A stretch of DNA of 63,262 bases, filler included, from Dugesia japonica (Eukaryota), in NCBI GenBank assembly GCA_001938525.1. It is 6 parts of 6 records of this genome, joined end to end, with 100 filler letters (N's around TTAATTAATTAA, not from the genome) between each part and the next. Parts side by side here need not be neighbours in the genome. Positions count along the whole stretch, not along the records: positions 51,548 to 63,262 come from MQRL01612261.1; 5 more parts are not named here. One strand, 5' to 3'. Position numbers and translations under genes: made by a program. The notes beneath the pieces were generated by a model. It searched no databases. It was not told where the DNA came from and saw nothing but the letters and a program-made list of their open reading frames with translations. Positions 62,177-63,262 of the stretch are shown here, piece by piece; position 1 is the stretch's first letter; each line of letters opens with the position of its first letter.

Positions 62177-63262
62177 TAAATAAATTTTATTCTGTTTCTT
62201 CTTTACTTGTGATTTTTAATATGCATAATAATCAATTACACCTATTATTTGGCACAATAAAGTAAAAAGACTTATAATTTTGATGGTTCCTTTAAAAGAT
62301 GTGTATTTCTCATTCCTTTACGCTACTCGATTGATCTTTTAATAAGAAATTTTTTACCCTGGCCTTTTTATTTTCCCTGGNNNNNNTTTTCAATTATCTT
62401 ATACTTCTCTTTATAATAGATAGATTTCATTCTGTTTCTTCTCGGTTTTTAACTTTTAATATCCACTCGAAAATCAGATGTCATTATTTGGAAGGAGTTC
62501 ACAATAAAGTAGAATTCATACCTTTAAAATGCATGTTTTTAATAAGAAATGTATAAAAAAGGGTATTCTTACCTAAATTATCTTGGTTTAATTTTAAATT
62601 ATCTTATATACTTCTCTTTATAAGTAATTTACTATAATTATTTTATAAATTAAAGAAATCTTGTTGAGCCCGGTAGATTCTCTTTAGACAGTGTTATATT
62701 TTAACCTGTTGTGTAATATCATTACTATCCCAATTCTGGCGCCAAATTGTATTATTATTTGGTATTGGATGTTTTATTAGCGCGTATTCTATCCTGACCT
62801 AGTTAGTATTTAAAACAATATTACTGTCTTATTTCTATATTTTGCAAGAATGTATTGCTATTTTATATATTACTATCTACAAATGTCATTAATTATAACT
62901 TTTGTTCGATGGTCTTTCATGTGTAACAGTNTTCTCGAGATTTCTTAGATCCCTGCAAGAATAGAATGTTAAGTTGATATTGATTACAATTTTGTGACAA
63001 ATTCCCTCAATTTTACCACGGAAATCTTCTACATCAATCGCTAAGTTATCAGAAATTATATTTAAACAACTACTGGCTCAAGGCCAAAATAACTTAATAT
63101 TATTATTAGTATTGCTACTATAGACGTTTTGCAAAATTCCCTATAGTATTCTATTCACAGATTTATTTGAACGATTACAGAAAATTATTTAATCGAATAG
63201 GTATTTACAAATTTTAAATAATTGTTTTGTAAAATTTGCGAGGTTACTAGAGACAAGTTAGA

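Overview
Very AT-rich, repeat-saturated animal genomic DNA. It is most likely a flatworm, inferred from an FVRLamide neuropeptide gene and multi-kb solo LTRs. The window is six contigs joined by artificial N-TTAATTAATTAA-N spacers (about 10160, 22150, 33267, 42735, 51492), so adjacency across these joins means nothing. Host genes: an intronless TSR1 (59729-62176), a secreted Cys-rich GFVRLamide neuropeptide precursor with complete gene structure (48671-49064), a WASP-type WH1+CRIB protein with no VCA (34597-35298), a C2HC zinc-finger ORF, and exons of an extracellular protein missed by the ORF track (14719-17064). The rest is nested mobile DNA: Penelope-like relics carrying minimal hammerhead ribozymes; Polinton/Maverick (adintovirus-like) relics with pPolB, integrase, packaging ATPase and a protein-X-like gene; many Ty3/Gypsy fragments, one with both ~115-bp AGTT..AACT LTRs; four 1.5-2.7 kb solo LTRs with 4-bp TSDs, each splitting another element; and mariner/Tc1, hAT, MULE and Merlin relics. 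The most novel-looking candidate is a ~320-bp unit that joins a 5S-rRNA-derived head to a hammerhead-bearing tail (35519-35840), which may be a Penelope-mobilised SINE3/retrozyme hybrid.
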